From the IMG/VR virus record IMGVR_UViG_2681813268_000004: a DNA stretch of 31,296 nucleotides, one strand, 5' to 3'. Shown here one piece after another: positions 8,244 through 18,539 of this stretch. Each line of letters begins with the position of its first letter. Within the stretch, counting starts at the first letter, position 1. The notes below the pieces were generated by a model. It made no database searches. It was not told the origin of the DNA and saw only the letters and a list, made by a program, of their open reading frames with translations. Source of the stretch: a virus. Taxonomy: Duplodnaviria > Heunggongvirae > Uroviricota > Caudoviricetes. The position numbers and the translations under genes were made by a program.

Positions 8244-9738
8244 TCTTTCACACATTATTGCAGCAGCATTCAATGAACCGCTGCTTCTGGAGCCCGCCTA
8301 TGCGCGGGTTTTCTTTTGCGCGCTGGGGCGCGAGATGGGGGCAGCAAGTCTTTCGGTACCGCAACAGCAGGTACAGCTTGATGCTCCCGGGATGCTGGCT
8401 GAAACGGACGAGTACATGGCCGGAGGTAAACGACCGGCCCGTGTTTACCGGGTGGTGAACGGTATTGCGGTACTGCCGGTGACCGGCACGCTGGTGCACC
8501 GGCTGGGGGGGATGCGGCCATTTTCCGGAATGACTGGCTATGACGGCATTGTCGCCTGTCTTCAGCAGGCAATGGCAGATAGCCAGGTGCGGGGCATACT
8601 GCTGGACATTGACAGTCCGGGCGGGCAGGCCGCCGGCGCGTTTGACTGCGCTGACATGATTTACCGCCTCCGGCAGCAGAAGCCGGTCTGGGCACTGTGT
8701 AATGACACGGCCTGTTCTGCGGCCATGCTGCTGGCGTCGGCCTGCTCCCGACGGCTGGTTACCCAGACATCCCGTATCGGTTCCATTGGCGTGATGATGA
8801 GCCATGTCAGCTATGCCGGTCATCTGGCGCAGGCCGGTGTGGATATCACGCTGATTTACTCAGGGGCGCACAAGGTGGATGGCAATCAGTTTGAAGCGTT
8901 GCCGGCAGAGGTTCGCCAGGACATGCAGCAGCGGATTGATGCGGCGCGCCGGATGTTTGCCGAAAAAGTGGCGATGTTTACCGGTCTGTCTGTTGATGCA
9001 GTCACGGGAACAGAGGCCGCTGTTTTTGAAGGTCAGTCCGGCATTGAGGCCGGGCTGGCGGATGAATTAATCAATGCGTCGGATGCCATCAGTGTGATGG
9101 CCACGGCGCTGAACAGTAATGTCAGAGGAGGCACTATGCCGCAATTAACTGCAACGGAAGCCGCCGTGCAGGAGAACCAGCGAGTGATGGGGATCCTGAC
9201 ATGCCAGGAAGCGAAAGGACGTGAACAGCTTGCCACGATGCTGGCAGGGCAACAGGGCATGAGCGTTGAACAGGCCCGGGCGATTCTGGCCGCGGCGGCA
9301 CCGCAGCAGCCGGTGGCATCCGCGCAGAGTGAAGCCGATCGCATTATGGCGTGTGAAGAAGCGAACGGTCGTGAACAACTGGCGGCAACGCTGGCGGCGA
9401 TGCCGGAGATGACGGTGGAAAAAGCCCGCCCGATCCTGGCGGCTGCACCACTGGCGGATGCCGGGCCCTCACTTCGTGATCAGATCATGGCCCTGGATGA
9501 GGCAAAAGGGGCAGAAGCGCAGGCTGAAAAACTGGCGGCCTGCCCGGGAATGACCGTGGAGAACGCCCGGGCTGTGCTGGCTGCGGGATCAGGTAAGGCC
9601 GAACCGGTCTCTGCATCCACAACCGCCCTGTTTGAACATTTCATGGCGAATCATTCACCGGCAGCGGTGCGGGGTGGCGTGTCACAGACGTCAGCAGACG
9701 GTGATGCGGACGTGAAAATGCTCATGGCCATGCCATGA
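8233..9738 (+). CDS. C: Head maturation protease (S49/ClpP-like) with C-terminal scaffolding domain (C/Nu3 equivalent); the scaffold part has three tandem ~38-aa repeats
   Basis: 501 aa; N-terminal FNEPLLLEPAYARVFFCAL and protease core resemble lambda gpC by recall; C-terminal repeats QEAKGREQLATMLA..VEQARAILAAA / CEEANGREQLAATLA..VEKARPILAAA / LDEAKGAEAQAEKLA..VENARAVLAAG read directly. Confidence 0.85.
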   Translation: MRRNLSHIIAAAFNEPLLLEPAYARVFFCALGREMGAASLSVPQQQVQLDAPGMLAETDEYMAGGKRPARVYRVVNGIAVLPVTGTLVHRLGGMRPFSGMTGYDGIVACLQQAMADSQVRGILLDIDSPGGQAAGAFDCADMIYRLRQQKPVWALCNDTACSAAMLLASACSRRLVTQTSRIGSIGVMMSHVSYAGHLAQAGVDITLIYSGAHKVDGNQFEALPAEVRQDMQQRIDAARRMFAEKVAMFTGLSVDAVTGTEAAVFEGQSGIEAGLADELINASDAISVMATALNSNVRGGTMPQLTATEAAVQENQRVMGILTCQEAKGREQLATMLAGQQGMSVEQARAILAAAAPQQPVASAQSEADRIMACEEANGREQLAATLAAMPEMTVEKARPILAAAPLADAGPSLRDQIMALDEAKGAEAQAEKLAACPGMTVENARAVLAAGSGKAEPVSASTTALFEHFMANHSPAAVRGGVSQTSADGDADVKMLMAMP

Positions 9739-9774
9739 AGTCAGTGCTGACCATCAATATGAGGTTTTAACAAA

Positions 9775-10122
9775 ATGGTGACGAAAACCATCACTGAACA
9801 GCGTGCGGAAGTACGTATTTTTGCTGGTAATGATCCGGCTCATACCGCCACAGGCAGCAGCGGGATTTCTTCTGCAACACCGGCTCTGACGCCCCTGATG
9901 CTGGATGAAGCCACCGGGAAACTGGTGGTCTGGGATGGACAGAAAGCCGGTAGTGCGGTTGGCATACTGGTACTGCCGCTTGAAGGCACAGAGACGGTGC
10001 TGACCTATTACAAGTCGGGGACCTTTGCGACGGAGGCAATCCGCTGGCCTGACAGTGTGGATGAACACAAAAAGGCAAATGCCTTTGCCGGCACAGCCCT
10101 GAGTCACGCGGCTCTGCCATAA
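9775..10122 (+). CDS. D: Head decoration protein D
   Basis: 115 aa; ..NDPAHTATGSSG..PALTPLMLDEATGKLVVWDG..YYKSGTFA.. resembles lambda gpD by recall. Confidence 0.85.
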   Translation: MVTKTITEQRAEVRIFAGNDPAHTATGSSGISSATPALTPLMLDEATGKLVVWDGQKAGSAVGILVLPLEGTETVLTYYKSGTFATEAIRWPDSVDEHKKANAFAGTALSHAALP

Positions 10123-10130
10123 CACGTTAT

Positions 10131-10150
10131 CAGGCCACCATGGTGGCCTG
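10131..10150. promoter_or_regulatory. 20-bp perfect palindrome (caggccaccatggtggcctg) in the D-E intergenic region; possible RNA hairpin
   Basis: Perfect inverted repeat read directly, 30 nt upstream of the E start. Confidence 0.5.
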
Positions 10151-10179
10151 ACTGATTTCTGAATGAAAGGAACTGATTT

Positions 10180-11208
10180 ATGGGATTGTTTACGACCCGC
10201 CAGTTACTCGGTTATACCGAACAAAAAGTGAAATTCCGTGCGCTGTTTCTGGAGCTGTTTTTCCGCCGTACGGTGAATTTCCACACCGAAGAGGTGATGC
10301 TGGACAAAATTACCGGAAAAACGCCGGTGGCGGCCTATGTCTCCCCGATCGTTGAAGGAAAAGTGCTTCGCCATCGCGGTGGTGAAACCCGCGTGTTACG
10401 TCCGGGCTACGTCAAGCCGAAACACGAATTTAATTACCAGCAGGCGGTTGAGCGCCTTCCTGGTGAAGATCCGGCTCAGCTGAACGACCCGGCCTACCGT
10501 CGTCTGCGTATCATTACCGATAACCTCAAACAGGAAGAGCACGCCATTGTCCAGGTGGAAGAAATGCAGGCGGTGAATGCCGTGCTGTATGGCAAATACA
10601 CCATGGAAGGGGATCAGTTTGATACTGTCGAGGTGGATTTCGGGCGCTCTGAAGGAAATAACATTGAGCAGGCTGACGGTAAAAAATGGTCTGAGCAGGA
10701 CCGTGATACGTTTGATCCGACGCATGATATTGACCTCTACTGCGATCAGGCCAGCGGCCTTGTGAATATCGCCATTATGGACGGTACGGTCTGGCGTCTG
10801 CTGAATGGCTTTAAGCTGTTCCGCGAAAAACTGGATACCCGTCGCGGCTCAAATTCACAACTCGAAACGGCAGTGAAAGATCTGGGCGCAGTGGTGTCCT
10901 TCAAGGGGTATTACGGCGATCTGGCCATTGTGGTGGCGAAAACGTCTTATGTGGCAGAGGACGGTACCGAAAAACGTTATCTGCCGGAGGGCATGCTGGT
11001 GCTGGGGAATACGGCGGCAGAGGGGATTCGTTGCTATGGTGCCATTAAGGATGCACAGGCGTTGTCTGAAGGAGTGGTGGCTTCTTCCCGTTACCCGAAA
11101 CACTGGCTGACCGTGGGCGATCCGTCCTGTGAATTCACCATGACGCAGTCCGCTCCGCTGATGGTGCTGCCGGATCCGGATGAGTTTGTGGTGGTACAGG
11201 TGAAATAA
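10180..11208 (+). CDS. E: Major capsid protein
   Basis: 342 aa; colinear recalled similarity to lambda gpE (341 aa), e.g. ..YVSPIV.G.V....GG......PGYVKPKHE.. and the C-terminal ..TMTQSAPLMVLPDPDEFVVVQV. Confidence 0.9.
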   Translation: MGLFTTRQLLGYTEQKVKFRALFLELFFRRTVNFHTEEVMLDKITGKTPVAAYVSPIVEGKVLRHRGGETRVLRPGYVKPKHEFNYQQAVERLPGEDPAQLNDPAYRRLRIITDNLKQEEHAIVQVEEMQAVNAVLYGKYTMEGDQFDTVEVDFGRSEGNNIEQADGKKWSEQDRDTFDPTHDIDLYCDQASGLVNIAIMDGTVWRLLNGFKLFREKLDTRRGSNSQLETAVKDLGAVVSFKGYYGDLAIVVAKTSYVAEDGTEKRYLPEGMLVLGNTAAEGIRCYGAIKDAQALSEGVVASSRYPKHWLTVGDPSCEFTMTQSAPLMVLPDPDEFVVVQVK

Positions 11209-11216
11209 TCCGTGAG

Positions 11217-11245
11217 CGGGGGCGAAATGCCCCCGTGTCTTTTTT
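11217..11245 (+). terminator. Hairpin plus T-run immediately after E (possible attenuator or terminator)
   Basis: cgggggc gaaat gcccccg followed by tgtctttttt; AGGAGG and the FI ATG follow. Confidence 0.45.
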
Positions 11246-11259
11246 CACAGGAGGCTGAG

Positions 11260-11643
11260 ATGGCAACAAAAGAAGAAAATCTGAATCGTCTTCGTCAACT
11301 GGCTGGCCTGCTGGGGCGCGAGGCGGATATGTCGGGGAGTGCTGCGGATATTGCTCAACGTGTGTCTGAGTGGGAAGAGGAGCTTGCTGTTTCCCCGGAG
11401 GGCATTATGCACTCTGATGAGAGCGGGGCTGATCAAAATCACACAGACGATGGTGAGCAGTTGAACAACACGGATGCTCCGGATGATGTTAAAGCCGTCC
11501 GGGTACGGAAGTGCCTGCAAGTAATGGGGTATTGCCCGGAGACAGGTCGTCCCGTTGAGCTGGCGTTACGGGGTATGCGTGTTCTGGTGCCATCATCACT
11601 GGCAACGGCCATGATACAGCACGGAACGGCTGAATATGCGTGA
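11260..11643 (+). CDS. FI: DNA packaging / head assembly protein FI
   Basis: ATG 11260 preceded by aggagg; 127 aa; position between E and FII; acidic central region. Identity based mainly on synteny. Confidence 0.7.
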   Translation: MATKEENLNRLRQLAGLLGREADMSGSAADIAQRVSEWEEELAVSPEGIMHSDESGADQNHTDDGEQLNNTDAPDDVKAVRVRKCLQVMGYCPETGRPVELALRGMRVLVPSSLATAMIQHGTAEYA

Positions 11644-11989
11644 TTTTCAGAATGCCTTTGATGCTGCCCTCGCCGGGGTAGACAGTACGATCGTTGAAGT
11701 GATGGGGCTCTGTGCGCAGTTCACCTCGGGGGCACAGTGTGGCAGCGAAGTTCAGGGGGTTTTTGACGATCCGGAGTCGCTGGGGTTTGCCGGTGGCGGG
11801 GTCCGTATTGAAGGAAGCAGCCCGTCATTATTTGTGCGGACGGATACGGTTCGTGCCGTGCGGCGTGGTGACACGCTGACCATTAATGGTGAGACATTCT
11901 GGGTGGATCGTGTTTCTCCGGATGACGGGGGCAGCTGTTATCTCTGGCTCAACCGTGGGCAACCACCCGCAGTTAACCGGCGACGATAA
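11636..11989 (+). CDS. FII: Head-tail connector protein FII
   Basis: 117 aa; ..GVFDDPE......G.GVR.EGSSPSLFVRTD.VR..RRGDTLTI....FWVDRVSPDDGGSC.LWL.RG.PPAVNRRR matches lambda FII by recall. Confidence 0.85.
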   Translation: MRDFQNAFDAALAGVDSTIVEVMGLCAQFTSGAQCGSEVQGVFDDPESLGFAGGGVRIEGSSPSLFVRTDTVRAVRRGDTLTINGETFWVDRVSPDDGGSCYLWLNRGQPPAVNRRR

Positions 11990-12003
11990 ACGCAGGGTGA
12001 ATT

Positions 12004-12579
12004 ATGGCGATAAAAGGGCTTGATCAGGCGATTGACAATCTGAGCCGGGTTCGTAAAAACGCCATTCCGGCTGCTTCTGCAATGACCATTAACCGCGTGG
12101 CCACAACGGCGATTAATCAGTCTTCGTCACAGGTTGCCCGGGAAACCAGGGTGAGACGGAAACTGGTAAAGGAACGGTCCAGACTGAAACGGGCGACGGT
12201 CAGAAATCCGAATGCCAGAATTATCGTTAACCGCGGTGATCTCCCTGTGATTAAGCTGGGGATCAGAATGCTGGGGCGTCGTCCGAACAGCATACTCAAA
12301 GCCGGTCAGCATCGTTATCAGCGGGCATTTATCCAGCGATTAAATAATGGGCGCTGGCATGTTATGCAACGTCTTCCCCAGGCCAGATATGAGGAGGGCA
12401 ATGACGACAAGGGAAGGAAAAAGCGTAATCGCCTTCCCATTCAGGTGGTGAAAATCCCGATGGCGGCCCCACTGAAACAGGCATTTGATGAGAATGTTGA
12501 CCGTATCCGGCGTGAACGCCTGCCTAAAGAACTGGCATACGCGCTGAAACAACAACTGAGGATTGCGATAAAACGATGA
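12004..12579 (+). CDS. Z: Tail completion protein Z
   Basis: 191 aa; MAIKGL.QA..NLSR......P.A.AM.INRVA...I.QS.SQVARET.VRRKLVKER.RLKRATV.NP.ARI.VNRGDLPVIKLG.. matches lambda gpZ by recall. Confidence 0.85.
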   Translation: MAIKGLDQAIDNLSRVRKNAIPAASAMTINRVATTAINQSSSQVARETRVRRKLVKERSRLKRATVRNPNARIIVNRGDLPVIKLGIRMLGRRPNSILKAGQHRYQRAFIQRLNNGRWHVMQRLPQARYEEGNDDKGRKKRNRLPIQVVKIPMAAPLKQAFDENVDRIRRERLPKELAYALKQQLRIAIKR

Positions 12580-12971
12580 AACACACTGACATTCGTGCCG
12601 CAGTGCTGGATGCACTCGAGCAGCATGAACACGGGGCGACGCTGTTTGATGGTCGCCCCGTTGTTTTTGACGAAGAGGATTTTCCTGCGATCGCGGTTTA
12701 TCTGACGGATGCAGAGTATACCGGTGAAGAGCTGGATGCAGATACCTGGCGGGCCACGCTGCATATTGAGGTGTTTTTACCGGCACAGGTACCGGATTCA
12801 GAGCTTGATCAGTGGATGGAAAGCCGGATTTACCCGGCGATGACCGCGATCCCGGCACTGGCAGGACTGATTACCACGATGGTTACGCAGGGCTATGAGT
12901 ATCGTCGTGATGACGATATGGCGTTATGGAGTTCTGCAGATCTGACTTATTCCATTACATACGAGATGTGA
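12576..12971 (+). CDS. U: Tail terminator protein U
   Basis: 131 aa; ATGA overlap with Z; [73 protein letters not shown] matches lambda gpU by recall. Confidence 0.9.
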   Translation: MKHTDIRAAVLDALEQHEHGATLFDGRPVVFDEEDFPAIAVYLTDAEYTGEELDADTWRATLHIEVFLPAQVPDSELDQWMESRIYPAMTAIPALAGLITTMVTQGYEYRRDDDMALWSSADLTYSITYEM

Positions 12972-12978
12972 GGACGAT

Positions 12979-13731
12979 ATGGCAACACCAAATCCCCTTG
13001 AGCCGGTAAAAGGTGCCGGCACCACTCTGTGGGTTTACAACGGCAAGGGTGATGCTTATGCAAACCCGTTGTCAGACGATGACTGGCAGCGACTGGCTAA
13101 GGTGAAGGATCTGACGCCGGGCGAGATGACGGCAGAATCCTACGATGATAACTACCTGGATGATGAAGACGCGGACTGGACCGCGACCGGGCAGGGGCAG
13201 AAATCTGCAGGTGATACCAGTTTTACGCTGGCCTGGAAACCGGGAGAGGAAGGCCAGAAAGGGCTTATAGGCTGGTTTGAAAGCGGCGATGTCCGGGCCT
13301 ATAAAATCCGTTTTCCGAATGGCACGGTGGATGTGTTTCGTGGCTGGGTCAGCAGTATCGGTAAGGCCGTGACGGCGAAAGAAGTGATCACCCGCACGGT
13401 GAAAGTCACTAACGTGGGTAAACCTTCTGTAGCGGAAGAACGCAGCAAAATTACGCCGGTCAGTGCGATTAAGGTGACGCCGACATCCGGTACGGTGGCA
13501 AAAGGGAAAACAACCACCCTGACGGTTTCTTTTGAGCCGGAAAGTGCAACCGACAAGACGTTCAGAGCGGTTTCCGCCGATCCGTCGAAAGCCACCATTA
13601 GTGTGAAAGATATGACAATTACGGTAAACGGCGTGGCGACAGGTAAGGTGCAGATCCCTGTGGTGAGCGGAAATGGTCAGTTCGCCGCAGTGGCTGAAGT
13701 CACCGTTACTGAAGCGGGCGCTGCAGGGTAA
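12979..13731 (+). CDS. V: Major tail tube protein V, with C-terminal Ig-like domain
   Basis: 250 aa; ..[69 protein letters not shown].. matches lambda gpV by recall. Confidence 0.9.
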   Translation: MATPNPLEPVKGAGTTLWVYNGKGDAYANPLSDDDWQRLAKVKDLTPGEMTAESYDDNYLDDEDADWTATGQGQKSAGDTSFTLAWKPGEEGQKGLIGWFESGDVRAYKIRFPNGTVDVFRGWVSSIGKAVTAKEVITRTVKVTNVGKPSVAEERSKITPVSAIKVTPTSGTVAKGKTTTLTVSFEPESATDKTFRAVSADPSKATISVKDMTITVNGVATGKVQIPVVSGNGQFAAVAEVTVTEAGAAG

Positions 13732-13744
13732 ACGGAGGTAATAC

Positions 13745-14176
13745 ATGTTTCTGAAAACAGAACAATTTGAATATAACGGTGTGTCTGTCACGCTTTCCGA
13801 ATTGTCTGCGCTGCAGCGTATCGAGCATCTTGCCCTCCTGAAACGGCGTGCAGAACAGGCAGAATCCAGCGGCAACCTGCAGGTAAGCGTGGAAGATCTC
13901 GTCAGAACCGGCGCGTTTCTGGTGGCGATGTCCCTGTGGCATAACCATCCACAGAAAACGCAGTCACCGTCAATGAATGAGGCCGTGATGAAGATAGAGC
14001 AGGAAGTGCTCACCACCTGGCCTGCCGATGCCATTGCCCGGGCGGAAGACGTGGTGTTGTGCCTGTCCGGGATGATCGAAGCTGTTCGTCCGGATACTGA
14101 TATTACTGAAGTGGCGAAAAATAACACGCTGACTGATGATGATTTTTCTGCGGGAAAGTCTTCGACGGCGAGCTGA
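13745..14176 (+). CDS. G: Tail assembly chaperone G
   Basis: 143 aa; MFLKTE.FE.NGV.VTLSELSALQRIEHLAL.KR.AEQAES.. matches lambda gpG by recall; slippery site near the 3' end. Confidence 0.85.
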   Translation: MFLKTEQFEYNGVSVTLSELSALQRIEHLALLKRRAEQAESSGNLQVSVEDLVRTGAFLVAMSLWHNHPQKTQSPSMNEAVMKIEQEVLTTWPADAIARAEDVVLCLSGMIEAVRPDTDITEVAKNNTLTDDDFSAGKSSTAS

Positions 14177-14616
14177 ACTTTGCCCTCAGACTGGCGCGTG
14201 AGATGGGGAGACCCGACTGGCGCGCCATGCTTGCCGGGATGACATCCACCGAATATGCCGACTGGCACCGTTTTTACCGCACGCATTATTTTCAGGATAC
14301 CCAGCTGGATATGCATTTTTCCGGGCTGACGTACGCTGTACTCAGCCTGTTTTTTTGCGATCCGGATATGCATCCCTCTGATTTCAGTCTGCTTGTCCCC
14401 CGGCATGAGGAAGAGCAGGTGGAGAGGCCGGATGAGGACAAAATGCTGATGCAGAAAGCGGCAGGACTTGCCGGAGGCGTCCGGTTCGGTGGGGACGGAG
14501 GGCGCGATATTTTATCGTCTGCGGATGTGGCGGATGTCATGGTGGATGAAGCCGCATTAATGATGGCTTCAGCGGGGATTCCGGGAGGTGTGAGATATGT
14601 CCCAGCCGGTTGGTGA
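13745..14616 (+). CDS. T: G-T fusion tail assembly protein made by -1 frameshift at 14152-14158
   Basis: Frame arithmetic: G frame is coordinate mod 3 = 2, T frame is mod 3 = 1; T ends at 14616, overlapping the H start at 14597. Confidence 0.7.
14152..14158 (+). promoter_or_regulatory. Programmed -1 ribosomal frameshift slippery heptamer G GGA AAG (G to G-T)
   Basis: gggaaag sits in the G zero frame as G_GGA_AAG; the downstream T ORF (14203..14616 as listed) is in the -1 frame relative to G. Confidence 0.75.
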
Positions 14617-17600
14617 TCTTGTTATTGACCTGAGTCTGGATGCTGTCCGTTTCGATGAGCAGATGAGCCGGGTAAGGCGTCATTTTTCAGGTCTGGATAC
14701 CGACGCCAGAAAAACCGCCAGTGCTGTTGAACAGGGCCTGAGCCGCCAGGCGCTGGCTGCACAAAAAGCCGGGATTTCCGTCGGGCAGTATAAAGCGGCC
14801 ATGCGAACCCTGCCCGCACAGTTTACGGATATCGCCACGCAGCTTGCCGGTGGTCAGAATCCCTGGCTGATCCTGCTGCAACAGGGCGGTCAGGTGAAGG
14901 ACTCCTTCGGCGGGATGATCCCCATGTTCAGGGGGCTTGCCGGTGCGATCACCCTGCCGATGGTCGGGGTCACCTCGCTGGCGGTGGCGACAGGTGCGCT
15001 GGTGTACGCCTGGTACCAGGGAGATTCCACGCTTTCAGCGTTTAATAAAACGCTGGTCCTTTCCGGCAATCAGGCGGGACTGACGGCAGATCGTATGCTG
15101 GTCCTGTCCAGAGCCGGGCAGGCGGCAGGGCTGACGTTTAACCAGACCAGCGAGTCACTCAGCGCACTGGTTAAGGCGGGGGTAAGCGGTGAGGCTCAGA
15201 TTGCGTCCATCAGCCAGAGTGTGGCGCGTTTCTCCTATGCATCCGGCGTGGAGGTGGACAAGGTCGCTGAAGCCTTCGGGAAGCTGACCACAGACCCGAC
15301 GTCGGGGCTGACGGCGATGGCACGCCAGTTCCATAACGTGACGGCGGAGCAGATTGCGTATGTTGCTCAGTTGCAGCGTTCCGGCGATGAAGCCGGGGCA
15401 TTGCAGGCGGCGAACGAGGCCGCAACGAAAGGGTTTGATGACCAGACCCGCCGCCTGAAAGAGAACATGGGCACGCTGGAGACCTGGGCAGACAGGACTG
15501 CACGTGCATTCAAATCCATGTGGGATGCGGTGCTGGATATTGGTCGTCCTGATACCGCGCAGGAGATGCTGATTAAGGCAGAGGCTGCGTTTAAGAAAGC
15601 AGACGACATCTGGAATCTGCGCAAGGATGATTATTTTGTTAACGATGAAGCGCGGGCGCGTTACTGGGATGATCGTGAAAAGGCCCGTCTTGCGCTTGAA
15701 GCCGCCCGAAAGAAGGCTGAGCAGCAGACTCAACAGGACAAAAATGCGCAGCAGCAGAGCGATACCGAAGCGTCACGGCTGAAATATACCGAAGAGGCGC
15801 AGAAGGCTTACGAACGGCTGCAGACGCCGCTGGAGAAATATACCGCCCGTCAGGAAGAACTGAACAAGGCACTGAAAGACGGGAAAATCCTGCAGGCGGA
15901 TTACAACACGCTGATGGCGGCGGCGAAAAAGGATTATGAAGCGACGCTGAAAAAGCCGAAACAGTCCGGCGTGAAGGTGTCTGCGGGCGATCGTCAGGAA
16001 GACAGTGCTCATGCNTGCATCCGGCGTGGAGGTGGACAAGGTCGCTGAAGCCTTCGGGAAGCTGACCACAGACCCGACGTCGGGGCTGACGGCGATGGCA
16101 CGCCAGTTCCATAACGTGACGGCGGAGCAGATTGCGTATGTTGCTCAGTTGCAGCGTTCCGGCGATGAAGCCGGGGCATTGCAGGCGGCGAACGAGGCCG
16201 CAACGAAAGGGTTTGATGACCAGACCCGCCGCCTGAAAGAGAACATGGGCACGCTGGAGACCTGGGCAGACAGGACTGCACGTGCATTCAAATCCATGTG
16301 GGATGCGGTGCTGGATATTGGTCGTCCTGATACCGCGCAGGAGATGCTGATTAAGGCAGAGGCTGCGTTTAAGAAAGCAGACGACATCTGGAATCTGCGC
16401 AAGGATGATTATTTCGTTAACGATGAAGCACGGGCGCGTTACTGGGATGATCGTGAAAAAAAACGCCTGGAGCGGGATGCAGCCCAAAAGAGGGTAGATC
16501 AACAGCGTCAACAGGACAAAAATGCGCAGCAGCAGAGCGATACCGAAGCGTCACGGCTGAAATATACCGAAGAGGCGCAGAAGGCTTACGAACGGCTGCA
16601 GACGCCGCTGGAGAAATATACCGCCCGTCAGGAAGAACTGAACAAGGCACTGAAAGACGGAAAAATCCTGCAGGCAGATTACAACACGCTGATGGCGGCG
16701 GCGAAAAAGGATTATGAAGCGACGCTGAAAAAGCCGAAACAGTCCGGCGTGAAGGTGTCTGCGGGCGATCGTCAGGAAGACAGTGCTCATGCTGCCCTGC
16801 TGACGCTTCAGGCAGAACTCCGGACGCTGGAGAAGCATGCCGGAGCGAATGAGAAAATCAGCCAGCAGCGCCGGGATTTGTGGAAGGCAGAAAGTCAGTT
16901 CGCGGTACTGGAGGAGGCGGCACAACGTCGCCAGCTGTCCGCACAGGAGAAATCCCTGCTGGCGCATAAAGACGAGACGCTGGAGTACAAACGCCAGCTG
17001 GCTGCACTTGGTGACAAGGTTACGTATCAGGAGCACCTGAATGCGCTGGCGCAGCAGGCGGATAAATTCGCACAGCAGCAACGGGCAAAACGGGCAGCCA
17101 TTGATGCGAAAAACCGGGGGCTGACTGACCGGCAGGCAGCGCGGGAAGCCACGGAACAGCGCCTGAAGGAACAGTATGGCGATAATCCTCTGGCGCTGAA
17201 TAACGTCATGTCAGAGCAGAAAAAGACCTGGGCGGCTGAAGACCAGCTTCGCGGGAGCTGGATGGCAGGCCTGAAGTCCGGCTGGAGTGAGTGGGAAGAG
17301 AGCGCCACGGACAGTATGTCACAGGTTAAAAGTGCAGCCACGCAGACCTTTGATGGTATTGCACAGAATATGGCGGCGATGCTGACCGGCAGTGANGCCC
17401 TGCTGACGCTTCAGGCAGAACTCCGGACGCTGGAGAAGCATGCCGGAGCGAATGAGAAAATCAGCCAGCAGCGCCGGGATTTGTGGAAGGCAGAAAGTCA
17501 GTTCGCGGTACTGGAGGAGGCGGCACAACGTCGCCAGCTGTCCGCACAGGAGAAATCCCTGCTGGCGCATAAAGATGAGACGCTGGAGTACAAACGCCAG

Positions 17601-18539
17601 CTGGCTGCACTTGGCGATAAGGTCACGTATCAGGAGCGCCTGAACGCGCTGGCGCAGCAGGCGGATAAATTCGCACAGCAGCAACGGGCAAAACGGGCCG
17701 CTATTGATGCGAAAAGCCGGGGGCTGACTGACCGGCAGGCAGAACGGGAAGCCACGGAACAGCGCCTGAAGGAACAGTATGGCGATAATCCTCTGGCGCT
17801 GAATAACGTCATGTCAGAGCAGAAAAAGACCTGGGCGGCTGAAGACCTGCTTCGCGGGAGCTGGATGGCAGGCCTCAGGTCCGGCTGGAGCGAGTGGAAA
17901 GAGAGTGCCACGGACAGTATGTCGCAGGTAAAAAGTGCAGCCACGCAGACCTTTGATGGTATTGCGCAGAATATGGCGGCGATGCTGACCGGCAGTGAGC
18001 AGAACTGGCGCAGCTTCACCCGTTCCGTGCTGTCCATGATGACAGAAATTCTGCTTAAGCAGGCAATGGTGGGGATTGTCGGGAGTATTGGCAGCGCCAT
18101 TGGCGGGGCTGTTGGTGGCGGCGCATCAGCGTCAGGCGGTACAGCCATTCAGGCCGCTGCGGCGAAATTCCATTTTGCAACCGGAGGATTTACGGGAACC
18201 GGCGGCAAATATGAGCCAGCGGGGATTGTTCACCGTGGTGAATTTGTCTTCACGAAGGAGGCAACCAGCCGGATTGGCGTGGGAAATCTCTACCGGCTGA
18301 TGCGCGGCTATGCCACCGGCGGTTATGTCGGTGGCACCGGAAGTCCGGCGCAAATGCGGCGTTCAGAGGGTATCAGGTTTGAGCAGAACAACAACGTGGT
18401 GATTCAGAACGACGGTACGAATGGTCTGCCAGGTCCACAGATGATGAAGGCGGTGTATGACATGGCCCGCAAGGGTGCCCGTGATGAAATCCAGGCACAG
18501 ATGCGCGATGGTGGTCTGTTCTCCGGAGGTGGACGATGA
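14597..18539 (+). CDS. H: Tail tape measure protein; the span is inflated by two N-delimited redundant blocks, and the non-redundant length is 2562 nt (853 codons)
   Basis: Position after G-T; conserved C-terminal end overlapping M; Gln/Ala/Lys-rich coiled-coil-like middle. N at 16015 and 17396, each followed by a re-start at an earlier point of the gene. Confidence 0.8.
16016..16792 (+). repeat. Redundant variant copy of H block 15238..16014 (follows the N at 16015)
   Basis: Sequence after the N matches 15238.. at an offset of 778 nt, with a divergent patch (protein DDREKARLALEAARKKAEQQTQQ versus DDREKKRLERDAAQKRVDQQRQQ). Confidence 0.85.
17397..17998 (+). repeat. Redundant variant copy of H block 16794..17395 (follows the N at 17396)
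   Basis: Sequence after the N matches 16794.. at an offset of 603 nt, with scattered SNPs. Confidence 0.85.

Noticed and set aside
13072-14406. 444-aa ORF on the minus strand
   Set aside because: Lies antisense to V, G and T, which have strong lambda-like protein signatures on the + strand; Arg/Cys-rich low-complexity translation typical of antisense frames in GC-rich DNA. The other long minus-strand ORFs (4986..5687, 15639..16511, 22813..23556, 30671..31216) were rejected for the same reason.
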